Assembly: GCF_008831285.2 (NCBI RefSeq)
Contig: NC_045138.2
Location: 3,472,001-3,536,000 of the forward strand
Direction: 5' to 3'
Length of the DNA stretch: 64,000 nucleotides
From: Nymphaea colorata
Taxonomy: Eukaryota
Shown here: positions 37,357 to 50,947 of the stretch, in pieces
How positions within the stretch are numbered: the stretch's first letter is position 1
Layout: each line of letters begins with the position of its first letter
Translations under genes and position numbers: made by a program
Notes under the pieces: generated by a model
Database searches by the model: none
Told to the model about the DNA's origin: nothing
The model's input: the letters and a program-made list of their open reading frames with translations, nothing else

Positions 37357-37971
37357 ATGACTGCCAAGATGACGAGGGCTAGTGCTGGTTCGACGGAGCA
37401 GCTGGAAGGTGGGGGGCGTTCTCCGGCCACCTCCTCCCGGCAGGCAGCTCGGGCCTTCCGAGGCGTGAGGCGCAGGAGCTGGGGCACGTACGTGTCCGAG
37501 ATCCGGGAGCCCAGGAAAAACAACCGGATCTGGCTGGGGTCGTTCGGCACGCCGGAGATGGCCGCCCGAGCCTACGACGCCGCCGCCTTCCATCTCAAGG
37601 GCCGCTCCGCGGTCCTCAACTTCCCGGACATGGTCGCCTCCCTCCCCCGCCCCGCCTCCTCCTCCCGCCGCGACATCCAACTGGCCGCCGCCAAGGCCGC
37701 TGCCGTCTTCCCGCTAGACCGGGCCCAGTCCCCCAATGACATGACCTGCCCCGTCGACGTCAATGGTGCACTAGAGGAGGAGGGTCGCCCCTCTACCTGC
37801 AGCAGCTCGGGGGGAAGTCCACCGCCATGGGAGTCGGACACAGAGCTGGAAGCCCTCTTCAGAGAGATTGAGAACAGCCCTCTGTCGATCAGTCCCATGA
37901 GCTTGGTGGAGGATCAGGACGACCTTGTCAGATTAGAAGATTTGCAGTGGTATGACTACTGGGTTATGTGA
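37357..37971 (+). CDS. Intronless AP2/ERF transcription factor, DREB subfamily (A-4/TINY-like), 204 aa
   Basis: AP2 domain [57 protein letters not shown] has the DREB-type V14/E19 and is followed by the [20 protein letters not shown] motif and an acidic C-terminus. First ATG is 37357; the ORF-track start at 37309 is a TTG at the GA repeat. Confidence 0.93.
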   Translation: MTAKMTRASAGSTEQLEGGGRSPATSSRQAARAFRGVRRRSWGTYVSEIREPRKNNRIWLGSFGTPEMAARAYDAAAFHLKGRSAVLNFPDMVASLPRPASSSRRDIQLAAAKAAAVFPLDRAQSPNDMTCPVDVNGALEEEGRPSTCSSSGGSPPPWESDTELEALFREIENSPLSISPMSLVEDQDDLVRLEDLQWYDYWVM

Positions 37972-40900
37972 GCAACCCTAAGAATTAATAGACGTTTCTT
38001 CCTTATTCGTGAGGGATCGATTGTAGCTAAGCTAGCTAGCCGTCGAAGCGACTGGGCGTGGTCAATCCTTCAAACATAATGCATGTAGGGAGGTACTCTG
38101 AATGCCGCGTTAATTTTATGAGACGTACGTATATATTATATAGTATGTGATAATATGTGTAACTTTTTTTTTTTTTGTTGCTTGTGATGCATGACGAGAG
38201 GCAAGCCATTTTAATGTATATTCGATTCCCTATATGATATAGACTCCTAATTGTACCTCAAGTTTATCACATCAATGGAATTCTTTTTTATTTTGCCTTT
38301 TTGCTACTATGTGTGACGTTTGTAGAATATGTGGTCATTATCAATGCAGGTGCCACTAAAATCGCTTTGCTAAGTATTATGTTGCCAAAAGCAAGCCAAC
38401 TTTGCCACCCAGAAAAGAGCATGTGAGAGGTAGATAGTTGTCACCAACATAAGGGATAGACATCAATTTGAACAAACATTGCTACTCATGTGTGTGTGTA
38501 TACATATATATTGTTGAACTACATTACAATGCACATTTACATTTAAAACATCAAGAATCAAATGAAAGAAACCATTTTTTAAGATAAAACTTTAAAACCA
38601 ACGATCTAGATGTTTCTGTTTCTAAAATTGGCTTACTTTGCATGGTGAGAAGAGTTGGTTTTATTTTTATTTGGATATTGGGGTAAACATAATTGTTTGG
38701 GGAGAGAGAGAGGGCAATATTTACATAGCTCCCAGTTTACCAAAACAAAAGGCCTTTATAATTACAATAAAGATGGAATTTTGTCATTAAAAAGAGGTTT
38801 TTTTAAGACATCTTTTCTTAAAGGGCATTTTTGTCATTTCAACAACTACCGAGACATGCACAGGGATGGAACAATTGTGACTGTGTCTCATTTTGTCATT
38901 GAAGAGGAGGAGACCATTTTTCTCTTTCCTTTTTGTGAGGGAGCACTTTGGTCTTTTCAAGTACGATATATATGTGCCAATATATAGCATTTTGTTTGCG
39001 TCTGGGAATTGGGCATCATAAAACCTGCTTCAAACGAGAGGAATCTTCGCCACTTTCTCTTTGTATGGCTCGTGAACGATGCCTTTTGAGGAATGCCAGC
39101 CATGCGTGCATCCTTTTCCAAACTTTTTTTTCCTGGTCTAGATGACGCGCCACTTGACCACTCTCACGCGTTTATATATATATATAAGTTATATGCCCGC
39201 ATGCTAAATATTGTTGAATGGTTAGAAATTTTAAATGTCACGGAAAAAGGATAATTGCTACGTGAACATTAACATTGGTTTATTATTCAACTGTTTTTAG
39301 CAATGATTTATGCTTTGAGAAATGAATTTTTAATTTTAAGGTAGGTATCTTCTCAAAAATGATTTCATATCAAAAAAACAAGTCAACAAATTAATTTTGA
39401 ACTAGCCCATGATTTCTCAACAGGAACGTGATTGAAAGGTTTTGGTTCCATTTTGATGGTGTTTAGTAAAAGGGACACTATGTATGTTGAAACATATTCA
39501 ATATGGAGTTGTTTGGCAGTAGAGACACGTTGTGAGTATTTCTATCTCAAAAATTGAAACAGGTTTATGAAACACTATAACAAACTTGTTTTAATCTTTG
39601 AGGCAGATTCATCTTACACTCACTAGGTGTTTATATTACCAAACATTAGCGACTACAAAATATATTTTAAAAAATGAGTAGATTTTATAAAAACACTCGA
39701 TTTTGAACAACATTGCTCTTCCCAAGCAGTTTCTTTTTTTTTTTTGTCATACCCAGCATCGAAACATGATCCCGTAAATGAACAGGTCGGCAACTTCTAG
39801 AACTTTCTCGGCATGTGTAGTGTACAACTTCATAAATGCATTCTTTGTTGAGAAAGGTGTGGAACAAGTAAAGTTTCATATACACCAAGCATGCGGTCGA
39901 CCGTGGTGCAGTGCAATGTTGTAAATTTCTGTGACAGGAAACGGCCTTCAAAAATTGAATAAGATTTAAATAAATTCTAAAACAGTTTTTGAGGCCGAAT
40001 TGACCAGGCGTTCGGACTCGGTTAGAGCTTGTTCGTCTTCATTTTAAAAAGTATATTTTGTCTCTACTTTTTCATATCAAAGATGCTTTGGTCATTTTGG
40101 GCACCTAAAGAACACATAATCTGCTTCATTATCAAACTTTTTAATGCATGGGTGCGCTATTCACATCAGCAGTGGGGCCACTGCATGAAGATTGCAGTGG
40201 ACAGTGGTGGAGCCAGGCCAAATAAAAAAAAAAAAAAAAAAAAAAAAGAGAGAGAAAAAAGAAAAATCAAGGAGGACTGCAGAGATTTACTAAATTTTCT
40301 ACAAATACTAAGAGGGACATGTCTTATAGACTTTTGCACTTCATATTTGAAGAAAAAGAGAAGCATAAATTTCAAGCTTTTCCATCCATATGAAGAAAGG
40401 CCATTCACTAAGTAATGCTTCTAGGACCACACAAGACATGTCTATTTTGATTTGACCATGGATTAATGCTTCTTCTGTCTGTTCTTGGGGCCTATATCAA
40501 TTGATTAAATTGTATGAGTGAAGGGCGTCAAGACTCCGAAATCATTCTCAAGTCGGCCATTCTGATTCATGATCAGTTTAACTTCTCACAGTAAAGATCA
40601 GAAGGAAAAGGATGTATGATTAACGTACGTGCGTCATAGTTACCATTCACACAAGATTTTATGTTGTTGCTTTCAGAGGTTAGGTTAATCTACAGTTCTT
40701 AGTTCTTACATAGCGTGTAAAGTTCCTGCTTAGTAGTTGTTTGTTTCTGGCGGACGTCAATTGAAGCAGGTTGATAGTACAGGGGGTTTCATTTAGGGTT
40801 AAGCAGAGTAAACATGATCATCTGTGCTAGCTGTTGGTGGTTTGGTGTATGTCGGCAGGCAATATTTTCTCGTGGAAGAGATCCGCTGCTGTTTATAGTA

Positions 40901-43900
40901 ATGGAAAGAAAGATTTGATTTGATTTGACTAGCTAGCTAGCTAGCTGCTTCGATGACCGCCGGCCACCCTCTCCATTTCAAAGATGTGATGCATGGATGA
41001 ATATCTCATCCCCAAGTCGCCCATCTTTTCAATAGATCAAGAAAATGATGTATCCGTCACTCTCACACTCAGATTAATTATCATCTAGCTACCATTTTAT
41101 TGTCGCCCTCTGAATACCCAATTGCTTACTTTTGATGAGGCTCCCTGACCGCTTAAATGATTAAATGATAAAGATCTAATCTGGCGATATGGAGTAATGG
41201 TGAAAAAAAGTTGCACGTAGTGCTTTTTTTACTTTTTAGGCTAATAAAACTTCACTTTCAGAAGACCAAACACATGATGATTTCCTTTAGTTATGATGGA
41301 AAAAGGTTTCATGCATCTTCGTCTCACTGAAAAGGTTCAAAGTAAATTGTATTGATCAGTGTGAATCTATGGCAGTCGAGTGCCAACACTTAGATGATCG
41401 ACAAAGGCTAATATTTAAGCAAAACCGCTGTGAAGATTTGATTGTTTCTGCTCCGTAAGGCTCTCAAGTGTCACCTCCTTTTACCTGGTCCTCGATGCTT
41501 TGGTCGATTATTAAGCTCCAGAATATTGATGGCGTCAAGTTGCCAAACGCTATTTAATGACGTACGGTCTCTTGATGTTTGGCAAACATTGTCAGGTCGA
41601 TTCTTCACGTGCTGCTGCATTTTCAGCTTCCATGATTGAGTCTCGATCTTTAATTTCTCCTACTCGAAGCATGCAGTGCTCTCTGGTTCAATCAATCATG
41701 GGTGTTCTCCTTCATTTAATCGCGGGTGGCCTACTCATCAATGGCGTTCCAGCTCGAAACCGATAATTGGTGGAAAAGAATGGTTCTCCTTTTATGGGGA
41801 GTGAATGTCTGTTCAACTAGATCTCTTCATAGTCTCCCTCATGAAAGCATCCCCATTTTCATTTTTCCTACTGTTCTTCTTATATCTGCGCTTAATTTGG
41901 TGGTCCCTGTTATTCATGGCGTCGAATAGTTTTTTGGATAAGAAAATCCGGCGACGAGTTTTCGACGTTGGTCTGATCAATCAAGAGTGTCCAATTAGGT
42001 CCCACGCCCACTTAAGAAGCAGCACATCAGCCAGTTGCATTGCCGTCAACTCTACTTTTCTTTCTTCCCTTCTTTGAGTCATTTTCTGTTTGGTAGCAAG
42101 TCAGTTCAAGATCCTCCGATTACTCTTAAGTCGGCAGGGACCGCGGAAGTACAGTCAATTCTCCATGGGCCTCCAAGCTCCATGGCTGCAGTGCCACCTT
42201 TAACTTCATCATGCTGTTGTTTTCTGGATGGTAGATGCGTGGGTGGTGGTGATATCAACAGGCAGATCATCCACTGATCATAACCCTTCTGCTCTGCCAT
42301 CTGTGTTGGGTCTTCTCATATCTTAATTACAGGCGTTAATTTGTCTGCTTTCCACGAGTCGGCCCTGCACTGCTCCGATTGATGGTATTTATGCATGAAA
42401 GTGATGTTTCATGATTGTAAGTTTTACTCAATATTGTAAAAATCGGTTCCGACTCTCCTATCGAAAATCTTAGAAAATCGTGAGTTTCAGAAACAAAATA
42501 TTTATTTGGAAGGATGAAAATGGGTGGAAAACTGAAATGATGATCCAATATGTATCTGCTTTTGTACATTTACACGTTTTCTTGAAGACTATGAAACAAC
42601 TAAATCATGTAATCGGCCACAAATTTGGGCTACTCAGGATAAACCATAACAGAAAAGAGGTTCTAATGCAGCTTAGATGCCTAGAATTTAGAATGCATTC
42701 AAGAATTAAAGAATGAAAAGCCGCCTAGCCGTCATTCTAAATAAGGATGAACACATGCTCTTTACTAAGACAAATAGTCATTAACTGTACTGTAACTTAT
42801 AATTAGTGCGTTGTGAGGACAACAGAAACCGATTTGGGGAACTTGGGGATCAAATTTCTGCTGGTGTTTACACACGGACTAGTTTCAAGTGACCCTTCTT
42901 TAAAAATTATGATCGGGCTGCACCACTTGAAGATACTTTAAGACAAGCTTTCCATAATTTCTTGTTGCGGTAAGTAGCACTCAGTCGAAAGTACTTCCAT
43001 CTCTCTTTTCCTGACAGGTTTGCCAATAAAAGGTGAGGCCACTTGCCCGGGAAAGAATTTTCATGAAGTTTAAACGATATTGAGCGCTTACTTCCCAATT
43101 CTTACCAAAAATGCATGCCTAATGAGATGATAATGGCAGTATATACTATATACTCTCTCTCAATCACAAACTCTAAAAGGCTACATGCTTGCCTACAACA
43201 AGTAGATATGGATTGCACGTCCTTCTTCACTTGAACCAAATTGCCCTGCTCACACGCTTTGGTGATGGAGGATGTACCCGTAGCGCAGCTGTGCCTCGAG
43301 CTAAAGGCCACAGAACTAGCTAGGACCTAGGCATGCATCTACGCGGCCATGGTTGAGAACCTCACAAAATGGTTGAAACAGGGTCTCTGTTTCTTCTTTT
43401 TTTCGTTTTCTTCAGCAGAGGGATGCAGTGATTGATCCCGACGTTTAACAGACCGCCATGTCCAACGAAGTGAAGTTGGCTCTTAGCGCCCGCTGAGGTA
43501 CAGCGTGCTGTCCTGTCTGAGCGAACGAACACTTCGCCAACTATGAGGATGAAGTCATGGAGTACTTAAATCATGTCCTTTTATAACCTTGGTGTTGCTT
43601 TTCTTGTATTTTCTTATCTGTTTGGTGTTGGACCATATGTCGACCAGAAGCTTGGAGCCAATGTGCCAACTACACTTCTGACTATACAGAATTTATCTTT
43701 TGTCTTCATGAATTTCCCCTTAACGAATCAGAAGACGCAGATGCCATGTAAAAGGATTTGCTGTTCTTTTCTTTTAAACTGTCGGGTCGTCTGCGGGAGT
43801 CAATTCAAGCATCTTCCCATTGTGGAAATTGTCACCTTCAAGGAGAAGAACTAGAAGACCAGGAGGAGGAGGAGGAAGGTGGAAGGTGCTAGGTCTCCTT

Positions 43901-44563
43901 GCACGAGCCAAATTTAAAGTCCTGTTCTTTGAATTTCAGTGGCATTTAATTATAAACTTGACTTGGATATCATAGATTAACTTTGTACTGTAGCATCGTA
44001 TCTTAAAATGTTGTGTTCTTGGATGGTTTTATGATCAGTATTCCATACAATTTTGAGGCACAAATCAACTGGCAGTCATTTGCATTATCCTCAGTTTTAG
44101 TTTCTGTGGGACTCCCAATTATGCTTTAGGAAGTCGACGAATGGGTTACCAACGATTTCTTCAATCCATTGCATTTTTGGAGTTTGAAGAGACAGAAAAA
44201 TTAAAGAAGAGAAAAATAAAACAGCTTCTATTCGGGATTAAGAAACAGTATGAAAAGCAGTTCGTAAAGCCTTCTTTTCTACAAGAGAGTTAAAACAATT
44301 TCAATTATAATCAAAATGGTACAAAGCCAGCTGCAGAATATATTGTTCTTGCGGCACCAGAGACTATTGTAAGCCACAAGTCCTGTTTCTTGGTGACGAC
44401 AGAGCATGTTGGGCTGCATCGGGCTCAATGCAAGAGACCACCAAGTTCAGGCTCTGTCCAGAGCGGGAACAACCTTTGGAGTGAAAGATGCCCTGATATG
44501 TTGGTCGGTTCCTTTGGTATATTTACAGCTAATTTGGGGGGTTTGTCTGTGCTACTACATCTA

Positions 44564-45983
44564 TCATTCTTCATCCTTTTCTTTCGTTTCTGTGGAGATG
44601 CTCTGTTCATACACAAGCTGCACAGTCAAGGCTAACAAAATAATTCCGAGAACTGCTATCTTCCGCCAGTCAACGGCGGATGAAATGGTGAGAGCATCGA
44701 TGATGGTGAGCACCAACAGGCCAACCAGCGCCAGATAGATGTTTCTTCTTATGCTCGACTTGGCACTCCCTCGGGTGACTTCCTTGAGCTTTTTGACTTC
44801 CTCCTTGGCATCTACCTTCTTATCCCCTGTGGGTGGCTTGGTCTTCAGGCTCTTGAAGAAGAGCCCATCGTTCCTTTCCTTCTCCATCTGGTCTTCAAAG
44901 TCCTGCAATACTTGGTCGTTCCTCTTGATCTCCTCCTTGTTCAAACCTGCATCTTCTTCGAAGGCCTGCATCCGACTCTCCAGATTCTCCATGATCTGTT
45001 TTGAGTGTGATGAGCCCGATATCAGTATCAGAAGCGTGGGAAAAAAATTGAAGTGTAATTAGAAAGGCGACTACCCACTATTACAAGTATATTTTGTGAA
45101 AATGTTTTGTACTTTTTAGGCTTAACGTTATACTGAAGTTCATGGGATTGCGAAGCCAATGAATTCCTGAACTTGGATAACTAGATTGCTATTTAGAAGT
45201 TGTTTGGGAGTCCCAAAAGATAAGACTTCACCAATTTAGGCTGTTTGGCAACTTGTTAGGGAGTCCCAAAAAGTTAGAATTCCACCAATTTTATGTGGGA
45301 TAAAAAGGCCTAGGAATCCAAACGCAGAGTTCCGGAAAAAGCATAGTCCAGATACTCGAGAATCCAAACGATATATTTTCTTAGTTGGGCTCGCGTCAAT
45401 CAAGTAATGGAATCCACTATCCAGCGTAATCAAGATCAGTCGTTTTAATTTATCATCACCATCTTTTTCTTTCTTCTTCCTCTGTTTTCACCCTGCAAAT
45501 ATGAAGAAACCCATCACCAATCACCTCCCGGCCGACCATAGGCGTCTCTGAGTCGACTCAGCCTTCTCTCTTAGGCGCTCCCTCATATATATTTATTTTG
45601 AATCTACAGGAAAAGACAAGACAAGATGGGTATGTAAATCTGACCCTTGCACTGGCTTCATCGAGTCCCTTGAGCGTTTCCTCTGCTATTGCATCGAACT
45701 CGACATTGGCCTCTTCGGCGAACTGTGTCAAGTAGGCAGATCGCTCGTCCAAGAAGTTGGTGAGCCTGACTTTCTGCGCTTCTATCATGGCCATCTTCGC
45801 CAGCAATTCCCGCTTGCGCTCATCTCCTTCCGGCGAAGAAGAAGAAGGTTCGGAATCCTTCGTGTTGCAGGACACAGTCACAAAACAGTGGTTCCTCTTA
45901 TTCGGTCGTGGATTTCTGCGGTGAGGGAAGCACCGGTTGGGTGGATGAAGCGATGGATTCAAGATGACCTTGAGAGCGATCAT
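44564..45983 (-). CDS. Uncharacterised plant protein, likely plastid-targeted, coiled-coil with two C-terminal TM helices, 256 aa
   Basis: Exons 45983-45645 and 44995-44564 are joined by a phase-0 GT..AG intron. N-terminus MIALKVILNPSLHPPNRCFPHRRNPRPNKRNHCFVTVSC looks like a transit peptide, followed by a charged helical region (EGDERKRELLAKMAMIEAQKVRLTNFLDERSAYLTQFAEEAN...RNDGLFFKSL) and two hydrophobic segments (NIYLALVGLLVLTIID; WRKIAVLGIILLALTVQLVY). Confidence 0.9.
45200..45291. repeat. Short diverged direct repeat in an intron
   Basis: ttgtt(t/a)gggagtcccaaaa...caccaattt at about 45200-45237 and 45253-45291. Confidence 0.6.
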
Positions 45984-46477
45984 GTTATTTGGTAGCAGCA
46001 CAGAAGGAAGAAAGGGCTGGTGATGGATGCTCTTCTGCTACTTGTATAATTGAATTGCCCATTCCCCCTCTGAAATATTCTGCACCTCTCGTTTCTACAA
46101 GTGTTATCAACAATGAGGCATCATTTGGTAGAGCCGTGGAAGCGAAAGAAATTGTTCAGTACAAGGCACTAGTATTGCAGGTAATAGCTATTGTGCCCCT
46201 CATTCAATTCCCCCATACAGAATGCAGAGCCTTAGCTCCCCATTTCAAATTCGAAGCTTTCACCTCACTTCAAGAAAACTTTAGCTGCTTATACCAGATT
46301 TGACATGACAGATGCAAAGAATTAGGAGGGTCAAAGCAATTCCTTTACTCGAAGCAATCTCTTTTATGTTGCTAAACTAGTGAGCTTAGGGGGAGATCTA
46401 CATTGTCTATCAGAAATCATAAACCTCAATCTGATTGGAGATAGAGCTACCACGGTTTATTTAGTTGAACTCAGGAC

Positions 46478-46850
46478 TAGGGATGTCAATTGGATACACC
46501 ATTTATCACCAAGTTTATCAAATGTTTATACATTTAAATTCGTACTCGAATACAAGTGCAGAAAAGACTATACTATTATCCTAAAGTGTTTTTTAAATTC
46601 AGAATGAAAACCCAATCTGAATCTGATTCTTATTTTTACGTCCCAATTCAAATCCTACTTTTAGATACCCAATTTGATGTATCAAGATTCAACTTTCGAA
46701 ACGTATACGGTTATAAGATATCAGTGAGAAACTAAAACCGAATCCTAACCTGACTATGGTCATATATTTGTTTACCAAGAATACAAGTCTGAATCTGATC
46801 GAATGTCATTTCTTAAATTCGAATCCGAGTATGTTCCATTGACATCCATA
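46478..46850. mobile_element. Old hAT-like MITE with GAATC(C/T)GA subterminal repeats
   Basis: TIR TAGGGATGTCAAT...ATTGACATCCATA (12/13); no TSD recognisable; repeated aatctgaatc/gaatccga motifs. Confidence 0.65.
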
Positions 46851-47746
46851 ATATAATTAGTAGGTGGTTCAAACATGTATTATTTTCAATATATTCACAA
46901 ACTGGATGCCCGTAAACATTTTAATAAAAGATTATGGGGAAATCATGCAGCGATTAATCCATGTGTGCAGTCATATTACACGAGCATTGTTTTATGAATG
47001 GTCCTGATCATAGAGTATGAAGATACTGGATGAGGAGATATGGAAACACGGTTTTTCTTGTTGATTTTGTGGGAAATTTTGGTCTTACGATGAATGAGTC
47101 TTTTGTTAAAAGGCTTGATGTATTAATGCCAATACTGGCGTGGTTGCAAGCGTTTTCCCGTGCATTGATCATATCTAAATCTTTTCTGAAATCCAAATGT
47201 GCCTACACTATTTGTATCTCAAATACGCATTTGGAAAAATATTAGACCATGAAATGTTTATGAAATTTTAATTTTTTTAAGTAATATTTGCCCAAAAAAT
47301 GAATTTTTAAGATCTTTCGTCTTTATACGCCTGAACAACTTTTGCCATCGGTGAGATCACAGGATTATATGTAAGAGGCATGGGTGAAATAATCTGTCGA
47401 TTACCTACTTGATTGGACTTCAATAAGTTCGGTCAGATTCATCAATTTTAAAGAAAAAAAATTCCTCACACTATCATTTAATTTCTAACAATTCTTTTCA
47501 ATTTTAACAAAATCTAATAATATACCAAACCATAAGCACAATGCAGGATCATGAAACATTTTGAAAGGTATGCAAAATATGAAGAAGATACACATTAATG
47601 AATTTTGTCTCTAACCAGTAGAAGATTCTGATCTCCTTGCCTTGGCCGGTAGACCTTGTCAAGTTTACAAATCTCGTGACACAATCTTGGATCTTTAGCT
47701 TTATGCTTAACACTGACCTCGCCTAGTAGAAAAGACCAGAGGGCCT

Positions 47747-48014
47747 AATGAATTGCATAATCTTTTGTCGGTAGCTTTCCACAATGTATTATGAGAATTG
47801 GGATTAATTTGCAAGTGTCGCCCAGTAAGTTAAAGAACACGTCTATTATCAATGGCGGATAAAAATCTCCGATGGCGGCCACATTTGTGTGCAATGAATT
47901 GCAGAATCTTTGGTTGGTAGCTTTTTACAGTGTATTATGGGAATTGAGACTCATTTGCAGTGTCGCCTAGTAAGTTAGGCAACACTTCTAGTATCAGTGG
48001 CAGACAAAAAGCTC
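47747..48014. repeat. Diverged tandem duplication, 146-bp period
   Basis: aatgaattgca(t/g)aatcttt...ggtagcttt...tgtattatg...gtgtcgcc...agtaagtta...aacac begins at 47747 and at 47893. Confidence 0.8.
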
Positions 48015-49742
48015 TTATGGCTGACATACTTAAGTGCATTGATAAAAAAAAAAAGAGAGAGAGAGAGCCGAGAAAAAGGAAATGTATTGACAAAATTGAG
48101 TGACAAAGCGTCACCTAGTAGCCAAAAAGGAAAGGAGCAGGAAAATCCCAAACAAAAAAAAACAAAGAGAGAGTGTGTAGTGACGGAAAATGTTGCTCCA
48201 AAATCTTGAACGGTGTCTGAAATGGATGAATGGCTGAATATTTTGCCGTTGTTGAAGACTTTCGGCCGCTTTGTCCGTAGTAAAAATCTCTTAGTGCTTT
48301 GACAGTAGCACCCATCAATTGGATGTGCCATTTGGTGCAACCTCAAAAGCCTGCCACTGCCACTGCCACTAGCTCGCAGCAGTTGTTCTGCTATATTCTT
48401 TGTTCCGAAGGTCTAGATAAGTTTGTTCCCTACTTTAAGAGTTCCGTCTACTGTTTATTCTCAATAATTAGTTGTCTGTTTATCCACATTTTGAAGCTGG
48501 TAAATAGCTCCTTCTTTGCGTCTGCATCTGCACCCTCGAATACAAAGATGTCTGCCGACTGCGTAGCTGCAAATTTGTGATGCTAACCGTGTTGAATTTT
48601 GGTATATGGTGCTGCCAATTCACTACTAGTGGCAGACAAAAGATGGATTTGACTCTCGTTGTTGAGAGACATGGCAGGAAAAGGGGCTCTTTATGGACAG
48701 TATGCACAATCACAGCAAACTGATTGTACCCAACGAGGCTTAGATTTCACCATTCGGAAAGATGATAAAAAAGAAGCAGGCACAGGCAGGCCCCCATCTT
48801 GAAGAGCTCATATACAGACTAATTACGTACCAATCAGCAGGATGCATTAACCTTCCCATATGGACTGTAACTACAGGAAAGCAACTGACTGAAATATTCG
48901 GAGGAAGGTCGACGCAGTGGGACACGAGGGCGACACTCTGCCAATCCCGGTTTCTTCTAAACTTGATCCCATTATTTAACGTCATTCCTTGGAATACTAA
49001 GCGGGGACGGGGCAGCTGGTAAGAAGGCACGCGAGAAAACAACCAGAAATTAGTTTTCATCATCTTGACTCCATGCTCTGCTTTTCCTTTCTAGTTTGAG
49101 ATTTTCAAGTGGAGGCACTGTTTGCATGCGTGAACTACTAATTGTTCACTTCGGAAGATACAGTGCATGAATGGCAGTTCGACCCCAAGAAAGTTCTCTC
49201 TCAAAATTCTCTGCTTTTTAGCATAAGGTATATATGTCATATTGCTGGGGAATAGGAAAGTGGTGAAACACCCAACTGACTGGATTCTGCATTCTTCTGG
49301 CCACGAAATTCTGCTCAGTGAGGCTAGAGATTGTGAAGGTTACAGTAGCAAGATTGTGGCATCTCATCTCGTGATCAATTAGTCCAAGCTCTGCCAAGAA
49401 GCAGCAGTACTAGAATGCCTTGGCCACCTATCTTACGTTGACAAGCTGCGATCAGCTTTTGATGCAGCCGTTCCGTACTCTCCTGATTAGGAAGGATTAC
49501 TTCACTAATCTGCACTCATGGTTTTACAGAGAGGATTCTAACTCAGGAAACTGAATCTAACGTGTGTAGGGAAGCTATAGGTATACTCTTGGAAGCAAAA
49601 GAACCCATAAATGGACTACACTCTCCGTTGGATCTGCAAAACGGATTGGTTCAGGCTTTCTTATGGTCTTCGTCACGAGTGGGAGCTTCACACTGGCACT
49701 GAGTAATCTCACTAAGTTTTCTCTTGCCTGTGCGATTTGGCG

Positions 49743-49833
49743 GCAACTTGTGCAGCTCGTGATGAAAGGCGCGATAAATATCAGCAACTTGTGCAGCTCG
49801 TGATGAAAGGCGCGACAAATATCAGCAACTTGT
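49743..49833. repeat. 41-bp tandem repeat, 2.2 copies
   Basis: gcaacttgtgcagctcgtgatgaaaggcgcga(t/c)aaatatca twice, plus a partial copy. Confidence 0.9.
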
Positions 49834-50013
49834 ACATTAGGCTGCTCGCCAACAAGTAGTCTCAAGAAATTTGGGTCGAACGTTCAGTTTTGAACCCGTT
49901 TTGCTTCTTCTGATTCTAATGCATCTTGATTCTTATTCCAGGAACAGGAGATACAGTGTTTTTTTCCTCAAAAGATATCTCTAGAGTTAAGGAAACGAGA
50001 AGAAGAGAAAAGC

Positions 50014-50154
50014 TCATCATGCAAAATTAAGAACCAGAATGGGCGAGAAACGAATAACATTCATCATGCAAAATTAGGAACCAGAATGGGCGAGAAACGA
50101 ATAACATTCATCATGCAAAATTAGGAACCAGAATGGGCGAGAAACGAATAACAT
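50014..50154. repeat. 47-bp tandem repeat, 3 copies
   Basis: tcatcatgcaaaatta(a/g)gaaccagaatgggcgagaaacgaataacat at 50014, 50061 and 50108. Confidence 0.92.
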
Positions 50155-50947
50155 TTGGCAGCTGAATGAAAGAAAACACACGTCGTTAGCAGCTCCAAGG
50201 AAGAGAGAAAGAGAGAGAAGCTATTGTGGCCAGAACGTGCTGTCAACAACTCTCTGGTCATGAATTCACGAGAATCCACAGAGAGAGGGAGTAAAGGGCC
50301 TACAATTAATATAGGGGAGAGGGTTTATTAATTCCGTCCGTATGTTTCATAAATTATTTGGACATTATTTATTGGCAAGGTGGGATCCCCAAAGGGGTCA
50401 GCCTTGATGGCATCTTTCTACTCTCCTGCTCCTTCTTGTCCTATATATCTTTCTCTTCCATCTTTTTCCAGAAAACTCGCCCTCGTCATTGTAAAAAAGT
50501 TGTGGCCGAGCGATAATTAATGGATTCCTCTCATCGCATACACAGTAACACAAAGGACCGCATTTCGCCAAAGAAGGGAAAGCAGAATGGACAAAGCCAC
50601 ACCCTATTAAATAAATAGACCAGATTCACAAGTACATGGAAAGAGAAGAGACCACAGTAGCAAATTCTCTCACTGACGAAAAAAAAGCAGAGATGAAGGG
50701 GAGTAATAAAAAACGTAGAAGTTTTATCTACACAGGTTGAGGTTGGTGGTGTGGGTGGCAGGCTTCTATCTGCAAGACACTTTGACAACATTGACACCTT
50801 CCCTGCGCAGATGGCTTTTAGTTGATATCGAGCGATCGTTCATCCTTTCCGCGCCCGGCTACCATCATCGCCAATAGAAGAAAAAACAAAAGGAAAAGAA
50901 AAGGAAAAGAGACGGATTTTTGGAAAGAAAAGGCAGATATGGTAGAA

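Noticed and set aside
37210..37898. Long antisense ORFs over the DREB gene, and similar ones over PIP2 and the 44.7-45.0 kb exon
   Set aside because: Expected shadows of GC-rich or codon-biased coding sequence; no domain similarity.
42216..42256. Minus-strand (D)YHHHPRIYHPENN resembling an RGF/GLV peptide
   Set aside because: Needs a frameshift to create DY, is one residue too long, is not followed by a stop and has no signal peptide; probably coincidental.
50014..50154. Regular 47-bp repeats as a possible CRISPR array
   Set aside because: Head-to-tail repeats without unique spacers in eukaryotic DNA; no cas genes.
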